Shown: positions 46,000 through 57,092, counted from the stretch's first letter. The stretch: 64,000 nt of DNA from Candidatus Omnitrophota bacterium (GCA_029261035.1 JAJDCD010000025.1:130926-194925); one strand, 5' to 3'. A program made the numbers and translations. Notes: generated by a model from the letters alone, not told the origin.

Positions 46000-47256
46000 T
46001 TACTCAACTCCCTTACTTTTTAATCGATTCCGAACTCCTTGAGCGACTAAATAACCACTAGACCAAGCCCACTGAAAGTTAAAACCTCCAATCCTTCCAT
46101 CAACATCTAAAATTTCCCCTGAAAAAAAGAGCCCTTCTTGCCGAAAGGATTCTAATAACTTAGCGTTTACCTCATCTAAACAAACTCCCCCAGCCGTAAC
46201 TTCGGCCTTAGAGTAACCAACAACACCCTCAGGCCGAAACTCATACGCAAAGAGTCCTTGAATTAAATTATTCTTGTTCTGCTTCGATAATTGATTGAGT
46301 ATCTTATTTTTTTCCAAACTGATTTTTTTCAATAAAACATCCACGAATCGTTCCGGAAATATCTCAGACAGAAATCGTCTCACATTCTTTTTTGGAAATT
46401 TTAAAATTGCTTTTTCCAACCTCTGTTTCCATTCTTCAGAATTGTGATCTGGCAAAAAATTAGCCAATATCTTCACCTTTCCAATCTTCCTCAACCTTTC
46501 CCAATCTCTACTTATATTTAACACGGTCGGACCACTCAACCCTGTGTGGGTAAATAAAAACCCATCCTTAAAGCTCTTCTTTTTTTTACCATCAACCCAC
46601 AAAGTTAATTCACAAGTAAAAGATATACCCGACAAAGAATTCCAATCAGAGTCCTTTAAGTTCAATGGAGTCAATGCCGGTGAAGTCTCCACTAAATTGT
46701 GCCCAAAAGACTGTGCCAACTGATACCCGCTCCCATCACTTCCCGTAGTAGGATGAGAAAGTCCTCCCGTTGAGAGAACTACCGTTTTTGCATAGAGAGA
46801 AAAACCCTCCCCCTTTACCAAAAAAAGATTATTTAAAAAACACAAACTATTCACTTTATGGTTATTTTTAATAGGAATTTTCTTTTTAGAACATTCTTGA
46901 ACGAGTGCATTTAAAACGGTTCTTGCAGAATGAGTCGAAGGAAAGAGTTTTCCTGTATCCTCCACAACCAGATTAACTCCAATATCCTGAAAGAAATCTT
47001 TGGTTTTCTCTTGAGAATAGTTCTTTAGAACATTACGAACAAAACGAGGATGGGATGTTCCGTAATCCTTTTCTGTAACAACAACATGTGTCACATTACA
47101 ACGGTTCCCTCCAGACATTAAAATTTTTGCTCCAATTTTATTTTTACTGTCCAAAAGAACTACGTTTACAGAATGGTTAGCACATTGAATTGCTGTCATC
47201 AGACCTGCTGCACCGGCACCAACAACAATACAATCATAGATAGGTTCTTGTTTCAT
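46000..47256 (-). CDS. HI0933/BaiN-like NAD(FAD)-utilising flavoprotein
   Basis: YDCIVVGAGAAGLMTAI...GGNRCNVTH, then the HI0933 fold. Confidence 0.7.
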   Translation of the reverse strand: MKQEPIYDCIVVGAGAAGLMTAIQCANHSVNVVLLDSKNKIGAKILMSGGNRCNVTHVVVTEKDYGTSHPRFVRNVLKNYSQEKTKDFFQDIGVNLVVEDTGKLFPSTHSARTVLNALVQECSKKKIPIKNNHKVNSLCFLNNLFLVKGEGFSLYAKTVVLSTGGLSHPTTGSDGSGYQLAQSFGHNLVETSPALTPLNLKDSDWNSLSGISFTCELTLWVDGKKKKSFKDGFLFTHTGLSGPTVLNISRDWERLRKIGKVKILANFLPDHNSEEWKQRLEKAILKFPKKNVRRFLSEIFPERFVDVLLKKISLEKNKILNQLSKQNKNNLIQGLFAYEFRPEGVVGYSKAEVTAGGVCLDEVNAKLLESFRQEGLFFSGEILDVDGRIGGFNFQWAWSSGYLVAQGVRNRLKSKGVE

Positions 47257-47285
47257 AAAGGATCATTAGAAGCTAAGATTAGCTA

Positions 47286-47642
47286 CTACGCCCCTATTTC
47301 CTGGAAAGTTTTATGAAGTTGTTCTAAATCTAGAGGTTTAATCAAGTATTGTTCCACACCCAAACTCATTGCTTGCTGCAACATATCTTCATTGTCTACA
47401 GCTGACAACATAATTACTTTAACATCTCGCCATTTTTGTTTAACTTCTCTTAAAAGTTCAATTCCATTCATTCCGGGCATTTTAATATCAAAAACACATA
47501 AGTCAGGTTGCTTCTTGTCTAAAAAGACCAGCGCCTCTTCAGCCGAGAGAACAAAATCAACTTGATAATTTCTTTCTTCCAAAAACCCTTTAAGAAAATC
47601 ACAAATTTCTTCTTCGTCATCAACTAGCAATACATGTTTCAT
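47286..47642 (-). CDS. Stand-alone CheY-like response-regulator receiver
   Basis: 118 aa with LLVDDEEE, D in DIKMPGMNG and IKP. No output domain. Confidence 0.8.
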   Translation of the reverse strand: MKHVLLVDDEEEICDFLKGFLEERNYQVDFVLSAEEALVFLDKKQPDLCVFDIKMPGMNGIELLREVKQKWRDVKVIMLSAVDNEDMLQQAMSLGVEQYLIKPLDLEQLHKTFQEIGA

Positions 47643-48061
47643 AAATCTCCTTCAAATGTTTTTTTTCGATTAAGAACCAAAATCGTATCATAATCTCTAA
47701 GCAAATAAAGCGTTAAACAAGCTGCCAACATCGGAAATGCAGTAAAAAACAAAAGATGAATCTCAACATAAGGGGTTAAATATTGTTTAAATGTGGAAAT
47801 TGTAGATATGAAGTGCAACAACAAGACTAATCCATAAGAGTATTTCTTAGCTATTCCAAAAAGAAAAAGAAAGCAAAGCATCAATTCCAAAGCCCCCACG
47901 ACATACACCAAATTCAAGGCTAAATTAGGAAGTGAATAAAATGTCTTAAATACGGCTGCAGCATGATCAGGACGGAAAAACTTATCTAAACTCCACAATA
48001 AAAAAACAATAAAAACAGTCATCCGAATACTAAATAAAGCTACAGATAGTTTTTTATTCAA
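47639..48061 (-). CDS. Small membrane protein (4 TM)
   Basis: 140 aa, hydrophobic. Overlaps the receiver gene by 4 nt. Confidence 0.35.
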   Translation of the reverse strand: MNKKLSVALFSIRMTVFIVFLLWSLDKFFRPDHAAAVFKTFYSLPNLALNLVYVVGALELMLCFLFLFGIAKKYSYGLVLLLHFISTISTFKQYLTPYVEIHLLFFTAFPMLAACLTLYLLRDYDTILVLNRKKTFEGDL

Positions 48062-48076
48062 AAAAAATTCCTTCCT

Positions 48077-50317
48077 CTATTCTAAACCTTTGTTTTTTCT
48101 AATAAACCAATCTAATGTTAATAAAAATAAAATCAATCCTAAAATCCACCATTGATTCCAAAAAGGTTTTGAAGCTTCTCTTAAATGAACTAATCTTAAT
48201 TGGCTTAGAGCTTGTTCAAATCGACTCATCTCTGAAAAATCAAGGTATTGTCCCTCTGTAGTTTTAGCCAAAGACTTCAGTAAAACCTCATCTTTTTCCA
48301 TATGTAAAATTTCTAAGCGCGAAGCCTGCACAGAAAAGTGTTTTTCAATAATCTGCGGAACTGAATTTGGTTTTAAATAATGAACTCGAAACAAATAATC
48401 CCCTTCAGACAACCCATCAAATTGTTGCTTAATTTCCTGATCTACTTCTAGCACGCTATATTCTTTAATGCTTAAACGTTCTTCTCCTTTAAATAGTTCT
48501 AAATGTAAACGTGTATTATCCGACCTACCTTCATTTTCGGGCAAAATCAGGGAAACATTTAAATCTCTCGACTCCTCAACAAAAGCAGGGAATAATTGTA
48601 TTTGGATAGGATTTATTTTTTTCTTAAGTCTATTTTCCGTCAACCATTTAGTCGTATTAATCCAGAACTCAGAGAACAACCATTCTTCTTGATTACCTTG
48701 CCAATCTTGAAACCACTGCCCCCAGTTGTAAGTAACATCTGAAGTAAATGCTAATACTTTTCCATTTCCATAGTTTTGTGAAGCTAAAATAACTCTAGGC
48801 CCAAAGGTACTTAAGTCCTCTGGATGTTTTAAAATAGAGGTTGCAGCTGGTTTTAGGCGTCCCACATAGTTATAACCACCTAAATCAGGAACGCTCCCCC
48901 ACAAAGCTTCATTCTCACTCTCATTATCTACTAATTGAAGAATCGGATGATCATAAGCACCTTCAGAAATGACCGGTTTAAATTTATTCTCCACTGTACC
49001 TTGAGCTCTCAAAAAGATATCTTTTTTATATTCTTCACTAATTTCAACAGGTAGCATTTTTTCAATTTCTGTACCCAAATAACCACCATCTCCAAATGAG
49101 TCAACGCCTCCGATCATCACCAAAGCCCCTCCCTCATTTTTAACCAAAGCCTCAATCCATTGAATTTGCTCATCTGTTAACAAACTACGTTTAACATCAC
49201 TTAAAATCACAACATCATATTGAAATAATTCCTGTTTTGATTTTGGAAAACCATATAAAGGATCTTTGATAAATGGAACAGCTTCTTGCTTAGCAAAACC
49301 CTGCAAACTAGAAGCAAAAGTCACTTGAATATTAGGATCCTTCTCTAGGGCTATTTTAAATTTATTTTCATCTTTATAAAAAGATTCTATGTAGAAAACA
49401 TTTATCAACCTTTTACGCGCCTCTAACCAAACCCTCATATTATTATCTTCGTCGGTCGCCTCACCCTCTAAAGAAATTAGTTTTAAATCAATGTAATGGA
49501 CTCCAGGGTCTAAGATCGACAAATCAAGCTCCTTTGATTCAGAACTTAAATCAACTTCTTGCTCCAACTTCAAACTGCCATCAACATATAATTCTAAACG
49601 AGTTGCATTAGCGGATGGAGACACCGAAGACCAAAGTGTTTTTACTGGAAATATTTCGTCAATAAAAACAAAGTCAGGAACCACAACCTCTTGTATCGAA
49701 GTATTAGAAACAGCCTCTTTATCCCCCATGCCAATAGCAACCCAAGGAAAAGATAATTCAGAAAAAATAGTTTCTTTGTCTTTAAATAAATCTGTTGCAT
49801 TCCCATCACTAAACAAAACCCATCCTAATAATTCAGAGTCATCTGAGTACAAACGATCTATTTGTTTTAAAGCAGAAATAAGATTAGACTCACTGCCCTG
49901 AACACCCAACAAAGTCAAGTTATCCTGTTTTTTAGTTTTAATATCAAAAGAGTAAAGAGCAGTCTCTTCTTTATTAAGCATTTTCCGCCAATAATCATCT
50001 TCTTGAAAATAGTTCCTAAGCAAACCAACTCGAGACGTCCCCTCTCCCTTATCTACCACACCCATACTAGAGGAAGTATCCACCAATACTCCAACCCACT
50101 CTTTATCTCTTTCCTGATTCCAGTAAGGATCTAAAATCAGAAACACAATGAGAGCCAAAACAGATACTCTCAAAAAACCTAGAAAAATACGTGTACTTAG
50201 ACTCACAGGGACTGAAAAGCGTAAATACGCAAAAAACAACACCACACATAAGCCCAAAATAAGCAAAGTTAAAGTTACGGGTGGTAACATATTTATATAT
50301 TTAAAATCTTCTATCAT
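48077..50317 (-). CDS. Membrane vWA-domain protein with GATase1-like (DUF1355-type) domain, BatA/B-like
   Basis: 2 N-terminal TM helices, MIDAS motif VLVDTSSSMG, later GGALVMIGGVDSFGDGGY and a C-terminal TM. Confidence 0.5.
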   Translation of the reverse strand: MIEDFKYINMLPPVTLTLLILGLCVVLFFAYLRFSVPVSLSTRIFLGFLRVSVLALIVFLILDPYWNQERDKEWVGVLVDTSSSMGVVDKGEGTSRVGLLRNYFQEDDYWRKMLNKEETALYSFDIKTKKQDNLTLLGVQGSESNLISALKQIDRLYSDDSELLGWVLFSDGNATDLFKDKETIFSELSFPWVAIGMGDKEAVSNTSIQEVVVPDFVFIDEIFPVKTLWSSVSPSANATRLELYVDGSLKLEQEVDLSSESKELDLSILDPGVHYIDLKLISLEGEATDEDNNMRVWLEARKRLINVFYIESFYKDENKFKIALEKDPNIQVTFASSLQGFAKQEAVPFIKDPLYGFPKSKQELFQYDVVILSDVKRSLLTDEQIQWIEALVKNEGGALVMIGGVDSFGDGGYLGTEIEKMLPVEISEEYKKDIFLRAQGTVENKFKPVISEGAYDHPILQLVDNESENEALWGSVPDLGGYNYVGRLKPAATSILKHPEDLSTFGPRVILASQNYGNGKVLAFTSDVTYNWGQWFQDWQGNQEEWLFSEFWINTTKWLTENRLKKKINPIQIQLFPAFVEESRDLNVSLILPENEGRSDNTRLHLELFKGEERLSIKEYSVLEVDQEIKQQFDGLSEGDYLFRVHYLKPNSVPQIIEKHFSVQASRLEILHMEKDEVLLKSLAKTTEGQYLDFSEMSRFEQALSQLRLVHLREASKPFWNQWWILGLILFLLTLDWFIRKNKGLE

Positions 50318-50326
50318 AATTCTATT

Positions 50327-52318
50327 TTAACTTTCTGATAATAGTTGAAAATACTTAGAAACAGCAGAACGATAAACCGTTGGAATGTTCTGATCTTCGC
50401 CCGCTCGATAAATTGAAACTTGTTTTTCTATTAAATCAATTTGAGGCTCCACGCTTTCAAGCTCATTTAAAAGTTCTTCGTACGTCACAGAAGCAGACTC
50501 GTAATCTGTGTACTCTCCTAAATTCAAGACGTCTAAAAGTCGGGTTGCTAATTCGGATAACTTTCTCAACTCCATCACAAACTGATCTTGAGTATTCAAA
50601 ACACCTATCTGTCTTTTGATTTCTTCAAGCTGAAATATAAACTGTTTTTGTTTTAAAATAAAATACTCTACTGTTGGATTTGGGTTTTCGAATTGACGTA
50701 AAGGTTTGAATTTTTTAACCTCATTAATAAACATCTTTTCTTGTAACATCCATTCTCTCAAATCACTTAAACTCTCTTCCAATTCTAATTCCATCTTCAC
50801 ATCTCTTTGATTATCTTCATTTGGAAGAGTTTGTTCTTCAAGCTGTTGAGAACTCCCCTGCACGCCCCCTTCTAGTTCTTTGACTACTCCCATAACTTGA
50901 CTAGAACCAGCAGAGCCTCCCAAAGAACCTTCCAAATCTGATGCAGACGCCTTTCCCTGTGAGTCAGAAGATCCCTCACTTCCTTGCCCTAAAGACTCGG
51001 ACACAGAGTCTCCAGATCCAGAATCGTCTCCTCGCCCATCTCCTAAATCAGCCCCCAGCTCCTTAGCTTTTTGTTCTGATTTTTCTGCCAACTCGGATAA
51101 ATCTTTACTATCTCCCCCCTCACCACCAGGAGACACTCCTCCTTGAACTAAAATATTGTCATCATCCCCAGAATCTGCCGCATCACTTCCTTGTTGTCCC
51201 ATTTCTGAAATACTATTTTCTTCAGAACCTTCCTCACCTTCCCCTCCAGATTTCGATTGAGCCTCACCTTTCCCCTGAATCCCTTCCGCCCCGCTACCTT
51301 CACCCATTCCTCCATCGCCATCGAGACCTTCATCCTGTCCTTCAGGCGCTTGAGCTTCTTCTGAAACAGCTAACTCAACACCCTCACCTTCACCTTGAGC
51401 CAGATCCTTTTCTTTCCCATCAGATGAACCAGCTTCTCCTCCGGTAGCTCCTGAGGCTGCATCTTCTGCATCCACAGCTTCTTCAACATCCGCTCCACCT
51501 TCACCTTGAACCGATTCTGAAGCTACTTCGTCCGAAGATCCCTCTCTGTTTTTTGAATCCAACTGCTCTAAAGACTGCCCCTCTTCTTCTTGATCTGTTG
51601 CTTTTTTATCTTCACCTTCTGCTTCAAGCTCAATTTCAGCATCTTCTGCTTTAGAAGCCTTTTCTTCAAGATCTTCCTGCTCCTCTAAATCAGATGAACC
51701 TTCATTCAAATCCATAGGCAAATCTTCTTCTGCTGACTTGGCAGGATCTCCTTCGGTCATAGGAAAATCCGCCCCCAACTCATCTTGAGTTTTAGATTCA
51801 AAAAGAGCAACCTCATCTCCCACAGCCTTTTCTTCTTTAGGAAATTTTCCTGGCGCTGTTTTCTTATCAAAATAAGAGCCAATCAAAGCACTTTCTCTTG
51901 GAACTGCTTTTTCATCCCAAAAATGTATTTCGCCGGTCAATGTTAAAGACATTCCTGAAAAGAAAGCCGCCTGTTCTTGGAAAGATTTAGACAAATCTTT
52001 CTCTTCCAAAAATTGCAAAGAAAAAGAAAGCTTTTCTCTATATGACTGAATCTGCTCAAAAGCCTCTGGCTCGTCCTCTATCAAATCTTGCCTTTCTTCC
52101 TGGATGTATTCAATTATCTTATCCACCTTTTCCAAAACCCTTTTTTGTTCTAATTTCAACTTATTCACCTGCCCCGCAGACTCCAACACCTCAAAGGAAT
52201 CTTCTAAAAACGTTGGGAGCACTGCTTCTTCAGCAAATAACGTTCCAAGAAAACCCGTAGCTGTAACGACTGCAGTAAGTATGAATAATTGTTTAAAATA
52301 CTTCATTGCTATAAACAC
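50327..52318 (-). CDS. Secreted coiled-coil protein with ~300-aa highly acidic, Gly/Ser/Glu/Asp-rich disordered region
   Basis: 663 aa. Signal peptide, N- and C-terminal coiled-coil segments and a central low-complexity acidic tract (EGEGEEGSEENS...). No family. Confidence 0.4.
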   Translation of the reverse strand: MFIAMKYFKQLFILTAVVTATGFLGTLFAEEAVLPTFLEDSFEVLESAGQVNKLKLEQKRVLEKVDKIIEYIQEERQDLIEDEPEAFEQIQSYREKLSFSLQFLEEKDLSKSFQEQAAFFSGMSLTLTGEIHFWDEKAVPRESALIGSYFDKKTAPGKFPKEEKAVGDEVALFESKTQDELGADFPMTEGDPAKSAEEDLPMDLNEGSSDLEEQEDLEEKASKAEDAEIELEAEGEDKKATDQEEEGQSLEQLDSKNREGSSDEVASESVQGEGGADVEEAVDAEDAASGATGGEAGSSDGKEKDLAQGEGEGVELAVSEEAQAPEGQDEGLDGDGGMGEGSGAEGIQGKGEAQSKSGGEGEEGSEENSISEMGQQGSDAADSGDDDNILVQGGVSPGGEGGDSKDLSELAEKSEQKAKELGADLGDGRGDDSGSGDSVSESLGQGSEGSSDSQGKASASDLEGSLGGSAGSSQVMGVVKELEGGVQGSSQQLEEQTLPNEDNQRDVKMELELEESLSDLREWMLQEKMFINEVKKFKPLRQFENPNPTVEYFILKQKQFIFQLEEIKRQIGVLNTQDQFVMELRKLSELATRLLDVLNLGEYTDYESASVTYEELLNELESVEPQIDLIEKQVSIYRAGEDQNIPTVYRSAVSKYFQLLSES

Positions 52319-52320
52319 CC

Positions 52321-54084
52321 TTAAGCCTTACTTGATTCAAATTGTTGTTTATTCCAAGCTTTTAATGTTTCAACCGGAACACTAGAAATATAATCCCAAG
52401 TGTCCTCTAGTAATTTCTCTTGATCCAACATTACATCTTCAAATAAAATTCTGTAAGTTGATTGCTTTAACTCTTTATCCGCTTCTCTATACTCTTCCTC
52501 AGTATTTCGTATTAAAAAACTAAAATAAGGAGATCTAACAATATTAGAAACTTGGTCAAAATACCGATCACGAACTTCAATATATACAAAAACCAAATCA
52601 CTTCCTGACAAACCCAAAGGTTCTATTTCTAATATTGGGTTAAGCGTAATCTCGGTAACCGTATCTCCTTTAGGAACAAGCCCTACACGTTGCTCTTTTC
52701 CTTTATACAAAATAACCATTTCCACAGAATCCACCCCGTAATCGTCACTAATAAAAATCTCAAAAGGAACGGAGTCGTCTGTGTTTACATAATTTTTTAA
52801 TTGAGGTTCCTTCACATCTAAAAATGGGGGTAAATCCGGTAAGGTTTGTATCCAAACCGATGAAACATCTAACAAAGGATTTCCATTCACATCTTGAATA
52901 TCCAAACTAATAAAAGCATCTCGCGTTGCAATGAATGAAGTTTCCAGAAACTGACTTATTTCGTTCAGCATCAAAGGAATCTGTCTTCCCGACTCAGACT
53001 TGACAAAAGCACTGCCTACTGGCTGGTTGAAATTAACAGAAAGAGTTATTTTAGTTCCTTTTGGAACTGTTAACTTATCCTTCCAACCTTCTTTAATTTG
53101 ATCAGATAAATTCGTATTTTTAGGATATTCCAGTTTCCAAAATACACGATTCATCGTTAAAGATTCATATAGCTCAATATTAAACTTTGCAGATGTTTGA
53201 TGATCCGCCTTTATGTAGTAGGTACTTTCGCGAGACACTCTAGACAATAAATAGACATACTGACCCTCCCCAACAGAACTCATTGGAACAACTCGCCATG
53301 CAGGATCATCCTTTTCACGGAAACAAAGCAGAACCTGCTCGGGCTTGTAATCTAATATGCGAGCCTTAATAAAAAGATTACTTTTTCTTGGAATCTCACA
53401 ATCACCTGGGTTTACTTGAATTTCAAAAGAGGGTAAGTTTTCTGCTGCCAACATGGCTTCATCAGAAACATTGGTTTTAATCACAAAAGACTCGCCTGTC
53501 AACCTTTCCCAACTCGTCTTAAAAAATGAAGGATCTACTTTCCAATGAACAAAACCTCCTACCCCTATAAAAAAAATAAATAAAAGCGGTAAAACAACTC
53601 GTCTGGGTGCAACTGCTTTAGAAAAATCAAAGCGGTCTAAGATACCAACCATCTTCCCCTGAAGACCTACAGCTAAGGCCTGACTAAAAGCATCTTTATT
53701 TAATTTTTTACGCTTCTTAGAAAACTCGAGTGCCGAGGTGAGCCGCCCTGCTAAACTCGGATAATTTTTTTCCAACGTCACCGCTAGACGCCCCGGATTC
53801 CTTCGATTAGTAACATAGCTTACAAAAGCAAAGAAAAGAGGAACCCCTATCAAAGAAGCAAGCAAAGCTTCTTTAGGAATGTAAACAGGTATTACATCTG
53901 GATAAAAATAGGTTGTAACCAATAACAAATACATACAAACAACCAAAAAAACCAGAGTGTAAAGACACACACAAAAGGCCTCAAAAAAAACGACCCCCCA
54001 AGTTCTTCTTTTTAAAATATTTTCAAACGAAGCTGAACTCATTTCATTAAACCCATGTTGTTTTATAAAGACGATTTGCCACAA
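52321..54084 (-). CDS. Hypothetical polytopic membrane protein of the Bat-like cluster
   Basis: 587 aa with N-terminal TM helices and a large soluble domain. No family recognised. Confidence 0.35.
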   Translation of the reverse strand: MWQIVFIKQHGFNEMSSASFENILKRRTWGVVFFEAFCVCLYTLVFLVVCMYLLLVTTYFYPDVIPVYIPKEALLASLIGVPLFFAFVSYVTNRRNPGRLAVTLEKNYPSLAGRLTSALEFSKKRKKLNKDAFSQALAVGLQGKMVGILDRFDFSKAVAPRRVVLPLLFIFFIGVGGFVHWKVDPSFFKTSWERLTGESFVIKTNVSDEAMLAAENLPSFEIQVNPGDCEIPRKSNLFIKARILDYKPEQVLLCFREKDDPAWRVVPMSSVGEGQYVYLLSRVSRESTYYIKADHQTSAKFNIELYESLTMNRVFWKLEYPKNTNLSDQIKEGWKDKLTVPKGTKITLSVNFNQPVGSAFVKSESGRQIPLMLNEISQFLETSFIATRDAFISLDIQDVNGNPLLDVSSVWIQTLPDLPPFLDVKEPQLKNYVNTDDSVPFEIFISDDYGVDSVEMVILYKGKEQRVGLVPKGDTVTEITLNPILEIEPLGLSGSDLVFVYIEVRDRYFDQVSNIVRSPYFSFLIRNTEEEYREADKELKQSTYRILFEDVMLDQEKLLEDTWDYISSVPVETLKAWNKQQFESSKA

Positions 54085-56170
54085 ATGCTTCTAGTAAGAA
54101 CAAAACTAAAAGAGTGTACAGCAAAGGTAAATAAACAAATTTACGGTGTTCTTTTAAATCCAAACTTTTTGTTCCTGTAGCTAAAACTTCCCGCTCTTCG
54201 TTAGAAGCTGCTAGCTGAATGTATCGAACTTGAGATTCTTTTGCATCGCTATTAATAGCAACCCTTCTTCTAACTTTGGTATTATCAGGTAAAATACCTG
54301 CCCACTCGTAGATACCTAATCCATTAGTTGAAAATGACGACGAACCTATCTGCCTATCATTATATAAAGTAATTTGCTCTCCATCAGGAGAACGAATTAA
54401 AATTCGATCAAAAACTTGATCTTTGGACTCTCCTTCAAAATGTATCAGATCTCCTACTTTCAAATTTGAGCCAACCCCTTTAATCGGTTGATTTACATAT
54501 TTAAATAACTCAAATAAAAAAGGAACGTATAAAGGATTTTTTGGAAAATCATTCCATTTCTGATTTAAGGTCGAACACCAAATAAAGACACGCCCTTTTT
54601 CCAATGTTCTTTCAACAAGCAATGGCCATTGATCATCTAACCACAATAAGATTTGATTGTTCTGATCGGGCAACTGTAAAAAAGGAGCTAATTTCCAAAA
54701 AGAGACCTGATTTAACTTCCCCTGCTCCCCTAATTGAAAAACACGGAACAAAGGGTGTTCATAATCTATACTTTGAATAGAAAACGCCTTTTCTTTTCCT
54801 TTTTCCTTTTCTTTCAACGAAGAAAAATACCCGCCTAAAAGCTCTGTTAAGTATGGATTTTTTGAAGTGTTTTCTAGGCGAACACGATCTCCTAAAGAGT
54901 AGATAACATTCCCCCCAGAACGAACATAATATTTGAGCTGCGTTACCTGCTTTGGAGTTAATTCAGCTGTATCGGCGATCATAACAACACCATAATCGCT
55001 CAATTGAAACTTATCCATATTTTCTAATTGAATGGAGTTCATATCTACCCAAGAAGCTTTATTGTCTTCTTTAAAACTCTGAAAGACTTTCGTTACATAA
55101 AAGTAAGGATTATCAAAAGGATAAACATAATTCTCATCCTGGACTAAAAGAATATTTAAACGTGGCTGAACCTTAGCTATTGCAAACCTCTTATTATCGA
55201 TACTTAAGTTATCCCCACTCACCTTTACATGGATCGGAAATTCTCCCTGTGCAGGAAATGAATGATTAAACACGACTGCATTTCTTCCAAAACGAGTCAG
55301 CTCTATTTCCTTAGAAGCAACCATCGTTTCATCTACCCAAAAACTAAAATCTAAACGCGTTCCCAAAGGTAACCCAGAATTACGATACACAACTTTAATA
55401 TCTTCTTTAATGTTTGGCAAGAAAGGTTTGACCGGAAAAATCACATCTTCAATAAACACATTTTGATACTCCGAAGGTCTGACTTGCATCAAATTAATTT
55501 TCAACCCATCGGATTTCATCTCGTCCTCAAAATTAAGATGAAGCTCTTCATCTAGAATAGAAAAATCGGACACTATATTAATCTCTGTCTTAGCCCATTC
55601 CTGTTGAGGAACCAAACTACTTACTTCTTGAGTCAACCGTTCAAAATTAGATGAAAAATCGGACAAAGAAATGTTTTCTAAAGCATAAAATAATTGATCT
55701 TTTTCATCTGTCTTTAAAATCTCAGAATATATATTTTGATTAAAAACATACAAAGAATACAAAGGACTTTTGACTTTATCTTGATTAATCTGCTTTACAA
55801 TCCTCTCCTTCGCCTTTTCAAAGAGAGACTGGCCATCTTCTGAATAGCCCATACTATAAGAGTCATCCAGTATAAAAATAGAGTGCTTATCAGATTTCGC
55901 CTGAAGCAAATCAGATCTTTGTATAATAAAAGGTAACGTGAAAACCAAAACCAGCAATGCCAAAATAAGCAAACGAAGAATCAGTAGAAATAATTTCTTC
56001 CACTCAATCGTATTATAAGAACGCTTAGATATTTCAGCAAGAAACTCCACAGAACTAAAACTTGTTGTCTTCAAAGTTTTTGCTTTCGTCAACAAAAGTA
56101 AAAATGGAATAATAAGGGCCAGTAAACCCCAAAAAAATATAGGTGTTACAAAATTTAAAAATTCCATCAA
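54047..56170 (-). CDS. BatA-N-terminal-domain / vWA membrane protein
   Basis: N-terminus MMEFLNFVTPIFFWGLLALIIPFLLL...TSFSSVEFL is typical of the aerotolerance-regulator N-domain. MIDAS FILDDSYSMG. C-terminal TM. Confidence 0.55.
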   Translation of the reverse strand: MMEFLNFVTPIFFWGLLALIIPFLLLLTKAKTLKTTSFSSVEFLAEISKRSYNTIEWKKLFLLILRLLILALLVLVFTLPFIIQRSDLLQAKSDKHSIFILDDSYSMGYSEDGQSLFEKAKERIVKQINQDKVKSPLYSLYVFNQNIYSEILKTDEKDQLFYALENISLSDFSSNFERLTQEVSSLVPQQEWAKTEINIVSDFSILDEELHLNFEDEMKSDGLKINLMQVRPSEYQNVFIEDVIFPVKPFLPNIKEDIKVVYRNSGLPLGTRLDFSFWVDETMVASKEIELTRFGRNAVVFNHSFPAQGEFPIHVKVSGDNLSIDNKRFAIAKVQPRLNILLVQDENYVYPFDNPYFYVTKVFQSFKEDNKASWVDMNSIQLENMDKFQLSDYGVVMIADTAELTPKQVTQLKYYVRSGGNVIYSLGDRVRLENTSKNPYLTELLGGYFSSLKEKEKGKEKAFSIQSIDYEHPLFRVFQLGEQGKLNQVSFWKLAPFLQLPDQNNQILLWLDDQWPLLVERTLEKGRVFIWCSTLNQKWNDFPKNPLYVPFLFELFKYVNQPIKGVGSNLKVGDLIHFEGESKDQVFDRILIRSPDGEQITLYNDRQIGSSSFSTNGLGIYEWAGILPDNTKVRRRVAINSDAKESQVRYIQLAASNEEREVLATGTKSLDLKEHRKFVYLPLLYTLLVLFLLEAFVANRLYKTTWV

Positions 56171-57075
56171 TTCATCTTCTCTCTCGTTTGAAGAAATACC
56201 CTTAACGCCTGATCAAAGGACGTTGTTGTTTCCAACATTTTATAAGTCACTTTCAATTTATGACATATTTGCTGAATCTGATCTAAGTATTTTTTCATCT
56301 GCTCAACATATTCTTCTTTGAAATAATTAGGTTGCATCAAAATGCGATCTTTTGTTTCTAAATCTTCAAAAAACCCAAACTTTTCAAATGGAAATTTAAG
56401 CTCTTCTTCACTCAACACTTGAAACACAATTAGCTCGTTCTTCTTATGCATGAAATGTTTTAACGTTTGCTCTATATGTTCAGGGTTCGCTAATAAGTCT
56501 GAAAAAAGAATAATAAGACTTCTTTTCTTGATTCGATTAGCTACTAATTTTGCAGAATCATTAAAGTGAGACTTACCACCTTCTTTTAAATGTTTAAACT
56601 CCTTTAGCAAACGACCCAATTGTTGATGAGAGGAGCTGGGATTAATTATTTTTCGAATCTTTCCGTCAAAAAGAATAACTCCAACCATATCTCTTTGCTT
56701 TAACAACATGTAAGATAATGCCGCTGCAATATAAGAAGCATACTCTCTTTTACTCATGGCTATCTTATCGCCGGAATAGCTCATAGACTTACTGATATCA
56801 ATAACAATCCAAGCTTGAAGGTTTGTTTCTTCTTCAAACTGTTTTACAAAATAACGATCTGTCTTTCCAAACAATTTCCAATCAACTAACTTTAAAGGAT
56901 CTCCAGGGTAATAATCACGGTGCTTACTGTAGTCTAGTGAAACGGTATGACGCGGCCCTTTATGAAATCCCATAAAAAACCCGTCTATAATCAACCGAGC
57001 CAATAATTTATAATCAGAAATTGCAGAAATTACTTTAGGATCAAGAAATTTCTTACTTTCTTTAAAAGAAACCAC
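56167..57075 (-). CDS. DUF58-family protein (MoxR partner)
   Basis: 302 aa containing ...DWKLFGKTDRYFVKQFEEETNLQAWIVIDIS.S... It lies immediately downstream of moxR. Confidence 0.7.
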   Translation of the reverse strand: MVSFKESKKFLDPKVISAISDYKLLARLIIDGFFMGFHKGPRHTVSLDYSKHRDYYPGDPLKLVDWKLFGKTDRYFVKQFEEETNLQAWIVIDISKSMSYSGDKIAMSKREYASYIAAALSYMLLKQRDMVGVILFDGKIRKIINPSSSHQQLGRLLKEFKHLKEGGKSHFNDSAKLVANRIKKRSLIILFSDLLANPEHIEQTLKHFMHKKNELIVFQVLSEEELKFPFEKFGFFEDLETKDRILMQPNYFKEEYVEQMKKYLDQIQQICHKLKVTYKMLETTTSFDQALRVFLQTREKMN

Positions 57076-57092
57076 TCTAGAAGCTCCAATAA

